A stretch of DNA of 64,000 nt from Candidatus Poribacteria bacterium (GCA_965197475.1 CBDANF010000003.1:3904001-3968000); one strand, 5' to 3'; counted from the stretch's first letter, positions 10,775 through 21,148 are shown. Numbers and translations: made by a program. The notes: generated by a model from the sequence alone, not told the origin.

Positions 10775-11386
10775 TTAACCTACTCGCCAATTTAAAAAGT
10801 TCGCCAACATTTTTAAACCAACGCGACCACTCTTCTCCAAATGAAATTGTGTTGCAATGAGGTTGTTATGGGCAATTGCACTACAGAATTCGAGACCGTA
10901 CGTTGTTTTTCCGATGATAGTTTCTTCCATTTGTGGAACAGGATAATAGGCATTTACGAAGTAGAAGTGAGCAGGATTAGGGACACCTTCAAAGATATGG
11001 TGTGGACGTACTTGCTGGACTTCATTCCATCCGATTTGCGGTACTTTGAGCCGTTTGTGAGTGGTGTATTTTTTTACGCAACCGGAAAGTAGTCCGAGAC
11101 ACTCGGTATCTTCCTCCTCACTATGTTCAAAAAGGATTTGAATGCCGATACAGATACCTAACATCGGTTTACCGGATTCGTAAAATTTGAAGAGAATATC
11201 GTCAAGACAACGATCTTGCAAATTTCCCATAGTCGCTTTGGCAGCACCGACTCCGGGGAAGATAACGCGTTCTGCGGCAAGAATGGTTTCAGCATCATCC
11301 GTGATCCGGTTTTCATAGCCGAGTCGATCCAAAGCACGTGCAACACTTGTGAGGTTTCCAGCTTTGTAGTCTATAATTGCAATCAT
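10775..11386 (-). CDS. hisH: Imidazole glycerol phosphate synthase glutamine amidotransferase subunit
   Basis: IIDYKAGNLTSV, FPGVG, LGICIGIQ, VPQIGWN, QFHLEKS. Confidence 0.95.
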   Translation of the reverse strand: MIAIIDYKAGNLTSVARALDRLGYENRITDDAETILAAERVIFPGVGAAKATMGNLQDRCLDDILFKFYESGKPMLGICIGIQILFEHSEEEDTECLGLLSGCVKKYTTHKRLKVPQIGWNEVQQVRPHHIFEGVPNPAHFYFVNAYYPVPQMEETIIGKTTYGLEFCSAIAHNNLIATQFHLEKSGRVGLKMLANFLNWRVG

Positions 11387-11445
11387 TTATGTTTTGTGTG
11401 TCCTTCATTCTTTTTTCTTATGCCACATCTATTTACTCTAACACA

Positions 11446-11661
11446 TAACCGTCAATTTAGCGTGTGCTATAAGCAAAAAGGTGTTGATTCGCGAAGGCAG
11501 CAGCACCAGCGGTGCGACAGGTGTATTACACCACATATAATATACACCTTTCGCCCCTCTGGGGCTTTGTGAATAGACGTTCCGACTGTTCTATACACCT
11601 TTCGCCCCTCTGGGGCTGCACACATCCAAAATATAGATATTATTCCTTAAATTGACAGTTA
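11446..11661. repeat. MITE-like element enclosing REP-like palindromes
   Basis: Terminal IRs TAACCGTCAATTTAG / TTAAATTGACAGTTA; inside are GCACCAGCGGTGCG and two copies of TATACACCTTTCGCCCCTCTGGGGCT. Confidence 0.75.
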
Positions 11662-11670
11662 TATATCTGT

Positions 11671-13101
11671 TTACCGTAACACGCCCTGTTCTTTCAAGCG
11701 GGCGATGAGTTGTGCCTGCGTGCCAGAGCCTTTCGTTGAATTACACGCACCGCAGAGCAGTTGTAGGTTATCCTCGTGGTCGGTGCCGCCTTGCGATTGT
11801 GGCACGATGTGGTCAACCGTCATATTCCGAAACGGGAATTGAGTCCGGCATCCATTACATAACCCTTCCTGCTTACCGAACAACGTATGTTTGTGGGTGC
11901 GATAATTGGGGAGCCGCTCACTCCGTTGAGGGATGTCGGTGCGATGGATAACGTCTCCGAACATGCCGACCTCGTTCTCCAGACGCACACGCACAAGATC
12001 AACCGCTTTCGGTGATATGTCTATACCGATCCATTGACGTTGTAACCGCTCGGCAGCAACGCACGTAGTCGCACACCCACAGAACGGGTCTAACACGATA
12101 TCGCCTTTGTTGCTACTCGCTTTGATGATACGTTCTAACAATGCGACAGGTTTCTGTGTAGGGTAGCCGACACGTTCTTTAGATTTACTTGCAATCGGAT
12201 TTATATCCGAAATCACATCGTTTACTCTTCTTCCGTGTGATGTTGATAAGTAACGCTTGAAACATGGGACCCTACCTCTTGGTGGCCAATATATCAAACC
12301 AGCAGCGTCCAAAGCCTCTAGTCTCTCGTGAACAGAAAGTTCCTCATAATTGTCAGGCGGTTCAACACCTTCTGGCCAAGCTTCTCTGCGTGGTGTGCTC
12401 CAATTTCTACCAACAAGACTCGGATCTACACCCCGCCAAGGTTGACCAGACTCACCTTTTTCTGTCACACTTCCTGCCGTTAGATCACCGACTCGGTAAA
12501 GTCCTCTCTCGTCGCGATGACGATAAGCTTTCTTTACGTACTCCGGATCGTGTTCTGTATAGACATTATTCCATACTTTTTGGCTGCTTTTGCTATAAAA
12601 CAGCATTATATCGTGAATCCTGCCGAACTGCTGGCCATGACTACGCGTGTTTGTGCGCTGCCATACAACCTCATTCCTAAAGTTTTTCCTTCCAAACACA
12701 CTATCCATCAGAGTTTTGAGATAGTGGCTGGCAGTTGGGTCGCAGTGCAGATAAATGCTCCCTGTGTCTTTTAGCACGCGCTTCATCTCTAACAACCGCA
12801 CTGCCATCATAATCAGGTAAGACTTCATACCTTTGCCGTGTGTCAACTCCGCTGCGTGGATGGCTTGATAGAGCGCGGGTTCGCGGTCGGCTATCTCACC
12901 GTGCCATGCATTGTCTACATCAGAAAGCGTCCATGTGTCTTTGAACGCAGCACCAGCTGCCTCGCTTCCAATCGGCGCAGCATAGTTGCGGTTAGAGTTA
13001 AACGGCGGGTCAAGATAGATCAAGTCTACGGACTCGCTGTCTATTCCGCGTAGAATAGGGAGGTTATCGTGTGAAAATACGGTGCGGTTTTGGACGTTCA
13101 T
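11671..13101 (-). CDS. N4/N6 DNA methyltransferase (beta class) fused to a C-terminal HNH endonuclease
   Basis: DLIYLDPPFN, YPTQKP, DPFCGCAT; C-terminal CNGC...VDHIVPQSQGG...NLQLLCGACN. Confidence 0.92.
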   Translation of the reverse strand: MNVQNRTVFSHDNLPILRGIDSESVDLIYLDPPFNSNRNYAAPIGSEAAGAAFKDTWTLSDVDNAWHGEIADREPALYQAIHAAELTHGKGMKSYLIMMAVRLLEMKRVLKDTGSIYLHCDPTASHYLKTLMDSVFGRKNFRNEVVWQRTNTRSHGQQFGRIHDIMLFYSKSSQKVWNNVYTEHDPEYVKKAYRHRDERGLYRVGDLTAGSVTEKGESGQPWRGVDPSLVGRNWSTPRREAWPEGVEPPDNYEELSVHERLEALDAAGLIYWPPRGRVPCFKRYLSTSHGRRVNDVISDINPIASKSKERVGYPTQKPVALLERIIKASSNKGDIVLDPFCGCATTCVAAERLQRQWIGIDISPKAVDLVRVRLENEVGMFGDVIHRTDIPQRSERLPNYRTHKHTLFGKQEGLCNGCRTQFPFRNMTVDHIVPQSQGGTDHEDNLQLLCGACNSTKGSGTQAQLIARLKEQGVLR

Positions 13102-13105
13102 TCGC

Positions 13106-13333
13106 CTAACTTACTCTTGGTTTTAAGACTCCAACCTTTAAACCAGAAGCCAGAGCATTCTGGAGGTCCTTCAGATTTTCTTCGGCTTCTGTTTTATTAT
13201 CATAGGCGACATAAATTTTGTTGTTGTCTTCCACATTAATAATATGATACATACCATTTAATTCCTGAACACGTAGATTGCAATTACTGGATAAAATATA
13301 AGCTATTTCATCTGGAGTTTCTATAACAGACAT
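13106..13333 (-). CDS. Small hypothetical protein (75 aa)
   Basis: Strong RBS AAAGGAG before ATG; stop lies 4 bp before the methyltransferase start. Confidence 0.65.
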   Translation of the reverse strand: MSVIETPDEIAYILSSNCNLRVQELNGMYHIINVEDNNKIYVAYDNKTEAEENLKDLQNALASGLKVGVLKPRVS

Positions 13334-13352
13334 AGTATTCTCCTTTCAGATT

Positions 13353-13397
13353 ATTAGTGTGAGGTTTAGCGTCTCCCGCAGGACGTGCGTAATCAAC
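13353..13397 (-). promoter_or_regulatory. Conserved 5' leader motif, copy 1
   Basis: GTTGATTACGCACGTCCTGCGGGAGACGCTAAACCTCACACTAAT immediately upstream of an RBS; similar to 14609-14652. Confidence 0.55.
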
Positions 13398-13482
13398 ATC
13401 ACAATGGGAGTATTTTACACGCCTCCGCGGGGCGAGGTGTTGAGGTTGTGTAGCGCGTGTTGTCTGCGCGCAGGATAAGCGT

Positions 13483-14595
13483 TTAATTGTCAACATTGAA
13501 ATTCCATAAAAGAACTTTGCCATCCCATCCCGCACTTGCGAGCATTTTTCCATCTGGATTGAACACTACGCTATTGACAACATTCGTATGTCCAGTAAGA
13601 TTTTGTTTCTGTTCACCTGTTTTAGCATCCCAAAGACTGATGATTCCATTACGACTCCCACTTACAAGCATTCGTCCATCTGGACTGAACGTTAGACTGA
13701 AAACAGTATCCTTGTGCCCAGTAAGGTTTTGTTGCTGTTCACCTGTTTTAGCATCCCAAAGATGGATAGTTCCATCCGATCCTCCACCTGCCAAAGTCTT
13801 ACCGTCTGGACTAAACGCTATACAAAAAATAGTCGTATCCGCTTTGAGGGCACGTTTATAGATACCTGACTTATTATTGCATAAATAGATGTAGTGCCCA
13901 CCGGAAATGGCAAGTATCTTGCCATCAGGACTAAATGTTAGGTCAAAGACATGAAGTGCCGCTAGTACCGCTCTACAAGCTGTTAGTTTCATTCCGAGAA
14001 TTCCAAGGATACCATCCCACAAACGGGACGGTATGTTCCGGTAACGCTCACACTCAGTGATAGTCTGTTTACGTTTACCTGTCTTAGCGTCCCATAGATG
14101 GATAGTAGAGGCAAAACCCCAACCATTCCTACTCCAACTTGCGAGCGTTTTACCGTTAGGACTGAACACTACACCCTCGACATCATTCTTATGTCCCGTG
14201 ATAGTCTGTTTATGTTTGCCTGTCACAGTATCCCACAAACGGATATTGTGCCCATTTACACTGGCAAGTATCTTGCCATCAGGACTAAATGTTACACTAC
14301 CAATATTTTTATCTCTTGTGAATAAGAATGGCTTTTGGTAGGTTTGCGTTTCATACCGTAGAAGACCTATAGGACCCGCCACTATCAGATACTTGTTATC
14401 AGGAGAATACGCAATATTCAGAACAGTATCTTCACTGTAGAACGCCTGCCCACTTAAGGTTTTGTAAAATTCAGCTTTAGAGAATTTGTAAGTTGCTGTA
14501 TCGTCTTTAGACTTAACCACACAAACGGTACTGAAGTAGATCAGTAATGCGACACAGCCGAGTATCCATCTGTTGGTCAAAATGTAGCGTATCAT
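13483..14595 (-). CDS. WD40-repeat protein with N-terminal membrane anchor/signal
   Basis: Repeated FSPDGK.LAS...LWD.KTG and GH motifs; DNA-level repeat GTTCACCTGTTTTAGCATCCCAAAG. Confidence 0.93.
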   Translation of the reverse strand: MIRYILTNRWILGCVALLIYFSTVCVVKSKDDTATYKFSKAEFYKTLSGQAFYSEDTVLNIAYSPDNKYLIVAGPIGLLRYETQTYQKPFLFTRDKNIGSVTFSPDGKILASVNGHNIRLWDTVTGKHKQTITGHKNDVEGVVFSPNGKTLASWSRNGWGFASTIHLWDAKTGKRKQTITECERYRNIPSRLWDGILGILGMKLTACRAVLAALHVFDLTFSPDGKILAISGGHYIYLCNNKSGIYKRALKADTTIFCIAFSPDGKTLAGGGSDGTIHLWDAKTGEQQQNLTGHKDTVFSLTFSPDGRMLVSGSRNGIISLWDAKTGEQKQNLTGHTNVVNSVVFNPDGKMLASAGWDGKVLLWNFNVDN

Positions 14596-14608
14596 CCAAA
14601 CCTCCTTG

Positions 14609-14652
14609 ATTAGTGTGGGGGTTTAGCGTCTCTGTAGGACGAAGTTATCAAC
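14609..14652 (-). promoter_or_regulatory. Conserved 5' leader motif, copy 2
   Basis: GTTGATAACTTCGTCCTACAGAGACGCTAAACCCCCACACTAAT followed by AAGGAGG RBS of the WD40 gene. Confidence 0.55.
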
Positions 14653-14681
14653 GGAATAGAGTTTGTTCATTCACGAACACC

Positions 14682-15161
14682 TCAAGAATCAAGCGTTTGA
14701 AGTTGTTTGCGAAGGTTTGCCATTTCAATTGCGGTTACCGCTGCTTCCGCACCTTTATTTCCTGCTTTCGTTCCGGCGCGTTCAATTGCTTGTTCAATCG
14801 TATCTGTGGTAATAATTCCATAGATAATCGGAATGCCAGTATTAAGAGAAACTTGTGCGATACCTTTGGCACTCTCACCCGCAACGTAATCAAAATGCGG
14901 TGTAGCACCGCGAATAACGGCACCGATACAGATAAGCGCATCGTATCGCTCACTTTCGGCAAGTTGTTTGGCGATACTTGGCGTTTCAAAAGCACCAGGA
15001 ATCCAGACAACATCAACTGCATCTAAATCACCGCCGTGGCGTTTAATAGCATCAAGTGCGCCATCCAAAAGTTTTGTGGTGATGAAACTGTTAAATCGGC
15101 TTACAACGATTCCGAATTTGAGTCCGCTGCTATTTAGGTCACCTTCATAGATGTTTGGCAT
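14682..15161 (-). CDS. ribH: 6,7-dimethyl-8-ribityllumazine synthase
   Basis: [37 protein letters not shown]. Confidence 0.97.
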   Translation of the reverse strand: MPNIYEGDLNSSGLKFGIVVSRFNSFITTKLLDGALDAIKRHGGDLDAVDVVWIPGAFETPSIAKQLAESERYDALICIGAVIRGATPHFDYVAGESAKGIAQVSLNTGIPIIYGIITTDTIEQAIERAGTKAGNKGAEAAVTAIEMANLRKQLQTLDS

Positions 15162-15196
15162 ATTTATTATTCCTACAAGAAATTCGCTTTTATATT

Positions 15197-16414
15197 TTAG
15201 AGGAGGTGTCCGAGTTTTGTGCGCTTTGTCTGTAGATAACGTTGGTTAAATGGATTCGGTGTTGTTTGTAAAGGAATTTGTTCCACAATCTCTAAACCAT
15301 ATCCTGACAACCCTTTGACTTTGTGCGGATTGTTTGTCATTAGCCGCATCTTTTTAACCCCTAAATCAACGAGAATTTGCGCCCCTATACCGTAATCGCG
15401 TAAATCTGGCGGAAATCCAAGACGTTCATTGGCTTCAACAGTATCCAACCCTTCATTGTCTTGCAGATGATACGCGCGAATCTTGTCTTTAAGCCCCATG
15501 CCTCTACCTTCCTGCCGCATATACAGCAGCACACCCCTACCCTCTTTCTCAATGTTTTGAAGCGCAATTTGGAGTTGCTCTCCGCAATCACAACGAAGTG
15601 AGCCAAAGACATCACCTGTCAAGCATTGGGAGTGGACCCTTACCAATATAGGGTTTCCATCGGCAATTTGCCCTTTGGTTAAAGCGACATGAGTGTCAGT
15701 CGAATCATTCGGTGGTGGTGTCCCGTCAACGCTACTCTCATAAGCGTGGAGTTTGAATTCTCCGTGTACAGTTGGGATAGTAGCAGTTGAAACTCGTTTA
15801 ATCAGAGTTTCCGTTGTTCGGCGGTAGGCGATGAGGTCAGAAATAGTTATGATTTTAAGGTCGTGATGTTGTGCAAATTCAAGTAACTCTGGAACACGTG
15901 CCATAGTGCCATCGTCGTTGAGGACTTCACACAGAACCCCCGCTGGGTATAATCCAGCGAGTCTTGCCAAATCAACTGTTGCTTCCGTATGTCCAGCGCG
16001 TCGGAGCACACCGCCTGGTTTTGCTTCCAATGGGAAGATATGTCCCGGTCTCACAAAGTCCGTAGGGACAGCGTTTTCATCGACAAATTTACGAATGGTA
16101 TACGCTCGTTCTTGGGCAGAAATTCCCGTGGTGACTTCCTTCGCATCAATTGTCACAGTAAATGCAGTTTGCATCTGCGCGGTGTTGTCAATGACCATTG
16201 GATTAAGCTGAAGTTCATTGAGTCTTTCGGAACAAGTGGGAAGACATATCAACCCGCGCCCGTGTTTTGCCATAAAGTTGATGGATTCTGCTGTAACCTT
16301 TTCCGCTGCCATGATAAGATCGCCTTCATTTTCACGGTCAGGTTCATCAACGACAATAATTATTTCACCCGCTTTAATGGCTGAGAGGGCTTCAGGAATA
16401 GTGCTAAATTTCAT
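15197..16414 (-). CDS. ribBA: Bifunctional DHBP synthase / GTP cyclohydrolase II
   Basis: [20 protein letters not shown]; [24 protein letters not shown]. Confidence 0.97.
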   Translation of the reverse strand: MKFSTIPEALSAIKAGEIIIVVDEPDRENEGDLIMAAEKVTAESINFMAKHGRGLICLPTCSERLNELQLNPMVIDNTAQMQTAFTVTIDAKEVTTGISAQERAYTIRKFVDENAVPTDFVRPGHIFPLEAKPGGVLRRAGHTEATVDLARLAGLYPAGVLCEVLNDDGTMARVPELLEFAQHHDLKIITISDLIAYRRTTETLIKRVSTATIPTVHGEFKLHAYESSVDGTPPPNDSTDTHVALTKGQIADGNPILVRVHSQCLTGDVFGSLRCDCGEQLQIALQNIEKEGRGVLLYMRQEGRGMGLKDKIRAYHLQDNEGLDTVEANERLGFPPDLRDYGIGAQILVDLGVKKMRLMTNNPHKVKGLSGYGLEIVEQIPLQTTPNPFNQRYLQTKRTKLGHLL

Positions 16415-16437
16415 GATGTATTTTTGGCTTCAATTCT

Positions 16438-17082
16438 TTAACCGTATCCATGTTTTTGTAAAAATTCTAAATCAAGTGTCGGTGATGGCGTTATCTGATG
16501 TTGCATAAGAGTTTCAATATAACGTGCTATCACATCAACTTCAATGTTAACATTTTCGCCGTTTCGTTTTCCTCCAAGGGTTGTAACTTGTAAAGTGTAA
16601 GGAATGAGAGCTACCTCAAATTTATTATCAAAAACGTTCGCTATTGTTAAACTTACACCATCAACAGCAATAGAGCCTTTGTAGGCAATGTAAGGTTTCA
16701 CGTTTGGACTGACTGTTATCTGGAGGATTGAAGCAGAGCCTTCGTGTTTCCATCCGCTGATGGTAGCAATTTCGTCCACATGACCTAATACGAGGTGTCC
16801 TCCAAGTCGATCACCTAATCGGAGTGAACGTTCCAGATTGACAGGCATGCCGACTTTACATGAACGCAAGGTAGTTCTGCGGCAGGTTTCCTCACTGATA
16901 TCGGAAATGAATCCATCTTGTTCAAGATCACGGACTGTCAGACAGGGACCTTCAACGGCGATACTATCTCCTACTTTGGTATCCTCCAACACTGTTTCTG
17001 CCTTAATTTTGACAGTTACACCACTGGATTTCGGATGTACTTCGGCTATCGTGCCAATTTCTTCAATGATTCCGGTAAACAT
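16438..17082 (-). CDS. ribE: Riboflavin synthase alpha chain
   Basis: MFTGIIEE start, VNLERSL, GGHLVLGHVD, KGSIAVDGVSLT. Confidence 0.96.
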   Translation of the reverse strand: MFTGIIEEIGTIAEVHPKSSGVTVKIKAETVLEDTKVGDSIAVEGPCLTVRDLEQDGFISDISEETCRRTTLRSCKVGMPVNLERSLRLGDRLGGHLVLGHVDEIATISGWKHEGSASILQITVSPNVKPYIAYKGSIAVDGVSLTIANVFDNKFEVALIPYTLQVTTLGGKRNGENVNIEVDVIARYIETLMQHQITPSPTLDLEFLQKHGYG

Positions 17083-18184
17083 TATTAACGAAATATCCCT
17101 CAATTAATATGTCACAACCGAGTTCGGTGATTGTCAGTCGTTCTAATTGCTGTGCATCAGCCAAACGTGCAATTCCTTCACCGTCAAGGACGCCCGGTGC
17201 CTGATTCCCTCCAATGAATTTGGGTGCCACAAAACACATCGCCTTATCCACAACACCGGACGCTAATGCGCTTGTGTTGACTTTACCGCCCCCCTCTACC
17301 AAAACACTTGTTATGCCTTGTGCACCTAATGTCTCCATCAATGTTTTGAAACAGACCTGTCCTTCTTTCGCTGGTGTTACAATGACTTCGGCACCCGCCT
17401 TCTCCAAAATAGCGATGTTTTTTGCTGGTGCCTGCGGTGTAACAGCAATAATGACACCTGCTTCGCTCTCTGAGTTGAAAACCTTTGCTGATGTAGGTGT
17501 TCGTCCGTAGGAATCCAGAACAACACGTGTTGGGTCTTTTCCCTGTTTGTGCGGCAGTCGGGTAGTTAAAGCAGGATTATCGCTTGTAATAGTCCCGATG
17601 CCGACAAGAATTGCGTCTGCTTCATTGCGAAGTTCATGAACCTTTTGCCGTGATGCTTGGGACGTAATCCATTGTGATTCACCCGTGGACGTTGCGAGCT
17701 TTCCATCAAGACTCATCGCCATTTTCAATATAACAAACGGGTGACCCGTTTTCACATATTTTATATAAACCTCATTCAGTTTTTCCGCGTCATCAGCACA
17801 TAATTCAACGGTGACATTTATACCTGCCTGTTCTAACTGCTGGATGCCCTTTCCTGTGACCTTTGGATTCGGGTCACGATGTGCAGCGTAAACGTGTGCG
17901 ATTCCGGCTTGGATAAGCGCGTCGGTGCAAGGCGGTGTTCGTCCCCAATGACAACAAGGCTCAAGATTCACGTAAAGTGTCCCGCCTTTTGCTTTCTCAT
18001 CGGCTGCTTGCAACGCATGAATTTCCGCGTGGGGTCCGCCTACCTCTTGATGATAACCTTCACCTACAATCTTCCCAGTATTAACAATCACCGCACCTAC
18101 AAGCGGATTCGGACTTGTGCGTCCTTTTCCGCGTTGTGCCAAAGCCAATGCGCGTTGCATAAATGTTATATGCGTCTCGTTCAT
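17063..18184 (-). CDS. ribD: Riboflavin biosynthesis deaminase/reductase
   Basis: PNPLVGAVIV, HAE, LEPCCHWGRTPPC, KMAMSLDG, VEGG. Confidence 0.97.
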   Translation of the reverse strand: MNETHITFMQRALALAQRGKGRTSPNPLVGAVIVNTGKIVGEGYHQEVGGPHAEIHALQAADEKAKGGTLYVNLEPCCHWGRTPPCTDALIQAGIAHVYAAHRDPNPKVTGKGIQQLEQAGINVTVELCADDAEKLNEVYIKYVKTGHPFVILKMAMSLDGKLATSTGESQWITSQASRQKVHELRNEADAILVGIGTITSDNPALTTRLPHKQGKDPTRVVLDSYGRTPTSAKVFNSESEAGVIIAVTPQAPAKNIAILEKAGAEVIVTPAKEGQVCFKTLMETLGAQGITSVLVEGGGKVNTSALASGVVDKAMCFVAPKFIGGNQAPGVLDGEGIARLADAQQLERLTITELGCDILIEGYFVNNVYRNH

Positions 18185-18217
18185 CGCAATGTATCACCTA
18201 CAATGCTGTACATTTTG

Positions 18218-18301
18218 TAGGCGCGCTTTGTAAGCGCGACATATTATCTAAATAAACGCAGCGCGCGTTTGGTACGCTGCGGGGTTAAAAACCCCTTCCA
18301 C
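18218..18301. repeat. REP-like palindromes
   Basis: GTAGGCGCGCTTTGTAAGCGCGAC; CGCAGCG...CGCTGCGGGGTTAAAAACCCC; related units near 10740, 21060, 51420 and 61860. Confidence 0.6.
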
Positions 18302-18333
18302 AAGAACATTTCACTTAATAGTATACCACATTT

Positions 18334-18846
18334 TCACTGCAATTCAAAATCATTTTTAGCACCGTCTACTGACTTCAAACATTCAAGCACTTCAGCATGA
18401 TCTACCGAATCGAATTGATGCGACCCAATATACATATACCGAATAATACCGAGTTTGTCAATGATAAACGTTGCGGGTCTGGCGATGTTGTAAGCCTCAA
18501 AGCTGAGCCAGTGGTATACGCCATAACTCTTAATGACACACCGATCCTTGTCAACCAATAGCGGGTACGTAATTCCGTTCCGTTCGGCATATCCTCGCAG
18601 TTCCCGAGGCCACTGTCCCGCAATACTGATCGGTGTGGCGTTGTATTCCGCGTAATTATCGGAATGTTCTTGTACTGCTGCCAACTGGCGGCGGCTATTT
18701 GGTCACCAAGTCCCTCGGAAAAAGGTCAAGACGACGTGCTGTTCGTCGCGATAAGATGTGAGTGACACCGCCTGCCGACGATGAGACGGAAGTGAAAATA
18801 AAGGTGCAGTATCGCCAATATTGAGAATCTTGTTTTTGCGTGGCAT
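18334..18846 (-). CDS. Selenocysteine-containing peroxiredoxin-like (AhpC/TSA) protein, UxxS motif
   Basis: ATG at 18846 gives MPRKNKILNIGDTAPLFSLP...VVLTFFRGTW-[TGA 18705-18703]-PNSRRQL, in frame with ORF 18334-18684 (YPLLVD, ARPATFIIDK). The TGA sits at the redox Cys position. Confidence 0.85.
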
Positions 18847-19075
18847 AGGGTTATTTTCGCAAAAATTATAGGTTGTGTCAAGTATGAAATAGCATGAGTG
18901 TAGGGCAATTTAGTTTTCGGTTTTTCGTCTTATGGGCGATGCATCAATATTCGGAGAGCTAACCCCTGTGGAAAGCCCTTGATCAGGATCTCGGGAAAAC
19001 CACAGAGAACTGAATGTCCTTACTGACATTAAGGATTTCATACAAAACAGCAATCAATAAAAAGGAGTTTCACCT

Positions 19076-19563
19076 ATGCAAAAACAACAAATTGCAGCGA
19101 GTTACCAACGGTTCCACGTCATTGCGTACGATTTGGATGAGACAGAAGACCTCAAAGCTGAGTGTAAGGCGCAATTGGGTGAAGGTGTTCGACTCGCTGA
19201 CTAGAACAACATAGTTGCATACTGCAAAGCGGGCGGCTTGATGGAGGATTTCATCGCGGCCCTTAAGATACTGCTTGAGTATGTCAATCCGGAGGATATG
19301 GACCCGATACCGACTACCTCCTACCGCATTTCATGAACGAGGAACTTTGATGGGATGGGGATCGCCACTATTTCTTTGCGCGGCACGACCACACCAAGTG
19401 GGCAGATTTTTTGCCACACAACAATATTGATAATTATCATCTGACATTGGGTTCATGGTTCGGAGAGGGTGCCTTTGCACTCTGCTTTGGAGATTTGGAT
19501 AGCACGGTGGCACCTCCTGAGCCAGATACCACCGAACCGGTGCTGACACTGAGCGGCTGCTGA
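19076..19563 (+). pseudogene. Degraded hypothetical gene (in-frame stops plus a frameshift)
   Basis: RBS AAAGGAG; MQKQQIAASYQRF...GVRLAD*NNIVAY...YRIS, then shifted frame MNEEL*WDGDRHYFFARHDH...GSWFGEG... Confidence 0.55.
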
Positions 19564-19737
19564 CTCTAATGACACTCAATTTTAAAATTCAACGCTAAGA
19601 CAGGATACCTAACTTTAACGTGGGCACAAATCAAGTCCGCGAGATAGTATATCACTGCTTGTAGGCACGGTTGGAAACCGCGCCTACAAAATATTTCCTT
19701 ATTTTAGATTTTAATATATACAAGGGTTTCCGATAGA

Positions 19738-20754
19738 CTACGCCCACGGATCCAGCACGACCTTACCACACTCACCTGTCGACTGCAATTCCCACGCTTT
19801 CTGTACTTCACGCATTGGGAAAGTATGGGTGATGTAGGTGTTTAATTTATCGGTTGATTCTTGGATAACCTTCATCAATTTTGGATAGAAACCGAGGTTG
19901 TAGTGCCAATTCCCCCGTAAAACTAGACCTTTACGAATCATATCTCTGCTTGCGGCAAGCGGAAATTCTCCACCTTCTCCAACGAACGTAACCTGACCCT
20001 TTCTTCGGGCTGCATCAACCATCAACCGATGTGCTGCAGATGCGCCTGAGCAGTCAACTGCTTTGTCAATTCCGATACCGTTTGTCAACTCGCGAATTTG
20101 ATTGAGAATATCTTCATCATTTGGGTTTAGGACGACTTCTGCGCCTAACTTTTTGGCGAGTTCGGCACGGTAGGGATGGCTTTCTACACCGATAACACGC
20201 GCACCACGATAACTAGCATTGATGATACCACCAAGTCCTACAGGACCTAAACCGGTTACCATCACAGTATCCAACGCATCGACTTGCATCTGTTCCATTG
20301 CACCAAATGTCGGTCCGAGTCCACAGCATGCCATTCCACCGTGTGCATAACTCATTCCATCAGGAATTGGAAATAGCAGATCCTCCATTTTATGCATATA
20401 CTGTGCATAAGTCGCACCAGCAGGATCTGTTCCGAGTATTTCCCGAATGTTACGCCCACCAGTACAGTGAATATGCTCGCCGGTAACACACATATTGCAC
20501 TTGCCACAAGCGTTCTGTGGTTGCACAACGACGTGATCCCCTACCTTGACACGACCAGGTTGTGCCACTTCAACGACTTCACCCGCTGCTTCGTGACCAA
20601 AGTGTTCACCTGTACCACCGCCTTTAAATCCTTTATATTCAGTACACATCGGAACGGCATGAATTTTAACGACTACGACATCCCCAGCTGCCTTGGGATC
20701 AGGTTTGTCAACCACGCCACCTTTACCTTCACCAAACATTGCTGCTACTTTCAT
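19738..20754 (-). CDS. Zinc-binding alcohol dehydrogenase family protein
   Basis: GHEAAGEV, CGKCNMC...C zinc cluster, GLGPVG. Confidence 0.92.
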   Translation of the reverse strand: MKVAAMFGEGKGGVVDKPDPKAAGDVVVVKIHAVPMCTEYKGFKGGGTGEHFGHEAAGEVVEVAQPGRVKVGDHVVVQPQNACGKCNMCVTGEHIHCTGGRNIREILGTDPAGATYAQYMHKMEDLLFPIPDGMSYAHGGMACCGLGPTFGAMEQMQVDALDTVMVTGLGPVGLGGIINASYRGARVIGVESHPYRAELAKKLGAEVVLNPNDEDILNQIRELTNGIGIDKAVDCSGASAAHRLMVDAARRKGQVTFVGEGGEFPLAASRDMIRKGLVLRGNWHYNLGFYPKLMKVIQESTDKLNTYITHTFPMREVQKAWELQSTGECGKVVLDPWA

Positions 20755-20989
20755 ATATATGTTTACCAAAACTCTCCGATACCTAACAAAGTAGGTATTC
20801 TGATACGGAGATAAAGACATTCCTCCTTCTAAAATGTGTTAATACCATACCATAGTCAATAAAATCTGTCAAGCAGTAATTTCACTCAATTTGAAGCATT
20901 TAGGTATCCTATAGCTTCTACCTTCGGGCACAACTCCCTGACTAAAACGGATAAAATCTATTACCGACAAACATTTCTATATTTCTATC

Positions 20990-21131
20990 TAGGATCATTT
21001 AGTTTTAGGTTTTCAGAATGCAACATTGGGACTTAGCGCACTATAATTCGCGTAAATTGGGGTTACAAACCCCTCCCACAAGAATAATTCACGCTGATTT
21101 TCAAGAAACCGCGGAAAACTGAATGGCTCTG
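20990..21131. repeat. Degenerate MITE of the CAGRGCYATTYAGTTTT TIR family
   Basis: TAGGATCATTTAGTTTT ... AAAACTGAATGGCTCTG; internal GGGGTTACAAACCCC. Confidence 0.5.
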
Positions 21132-21148
21132 TGTTATGATGTATAGTC

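Noticed and set aside
11500-11620. Direct repeats resembling a mini-CRISPR
   Set aside because: Only two copies, palindromic REP-type, recurring at 21460-21625; no cas genes and no regular spacers
13353-14652. Duplicated motif as canonical integron attC sites
   Set aside because: Lacks clear RYYYAAC/GTTRRRY ends and no integron integrase is in the window; kept only as an unexplained motif
18185-18333. FMN riboswitch upstream of ribD
   Set aside because: No RFN consensus seen; the space is filled by REP-like palindromes
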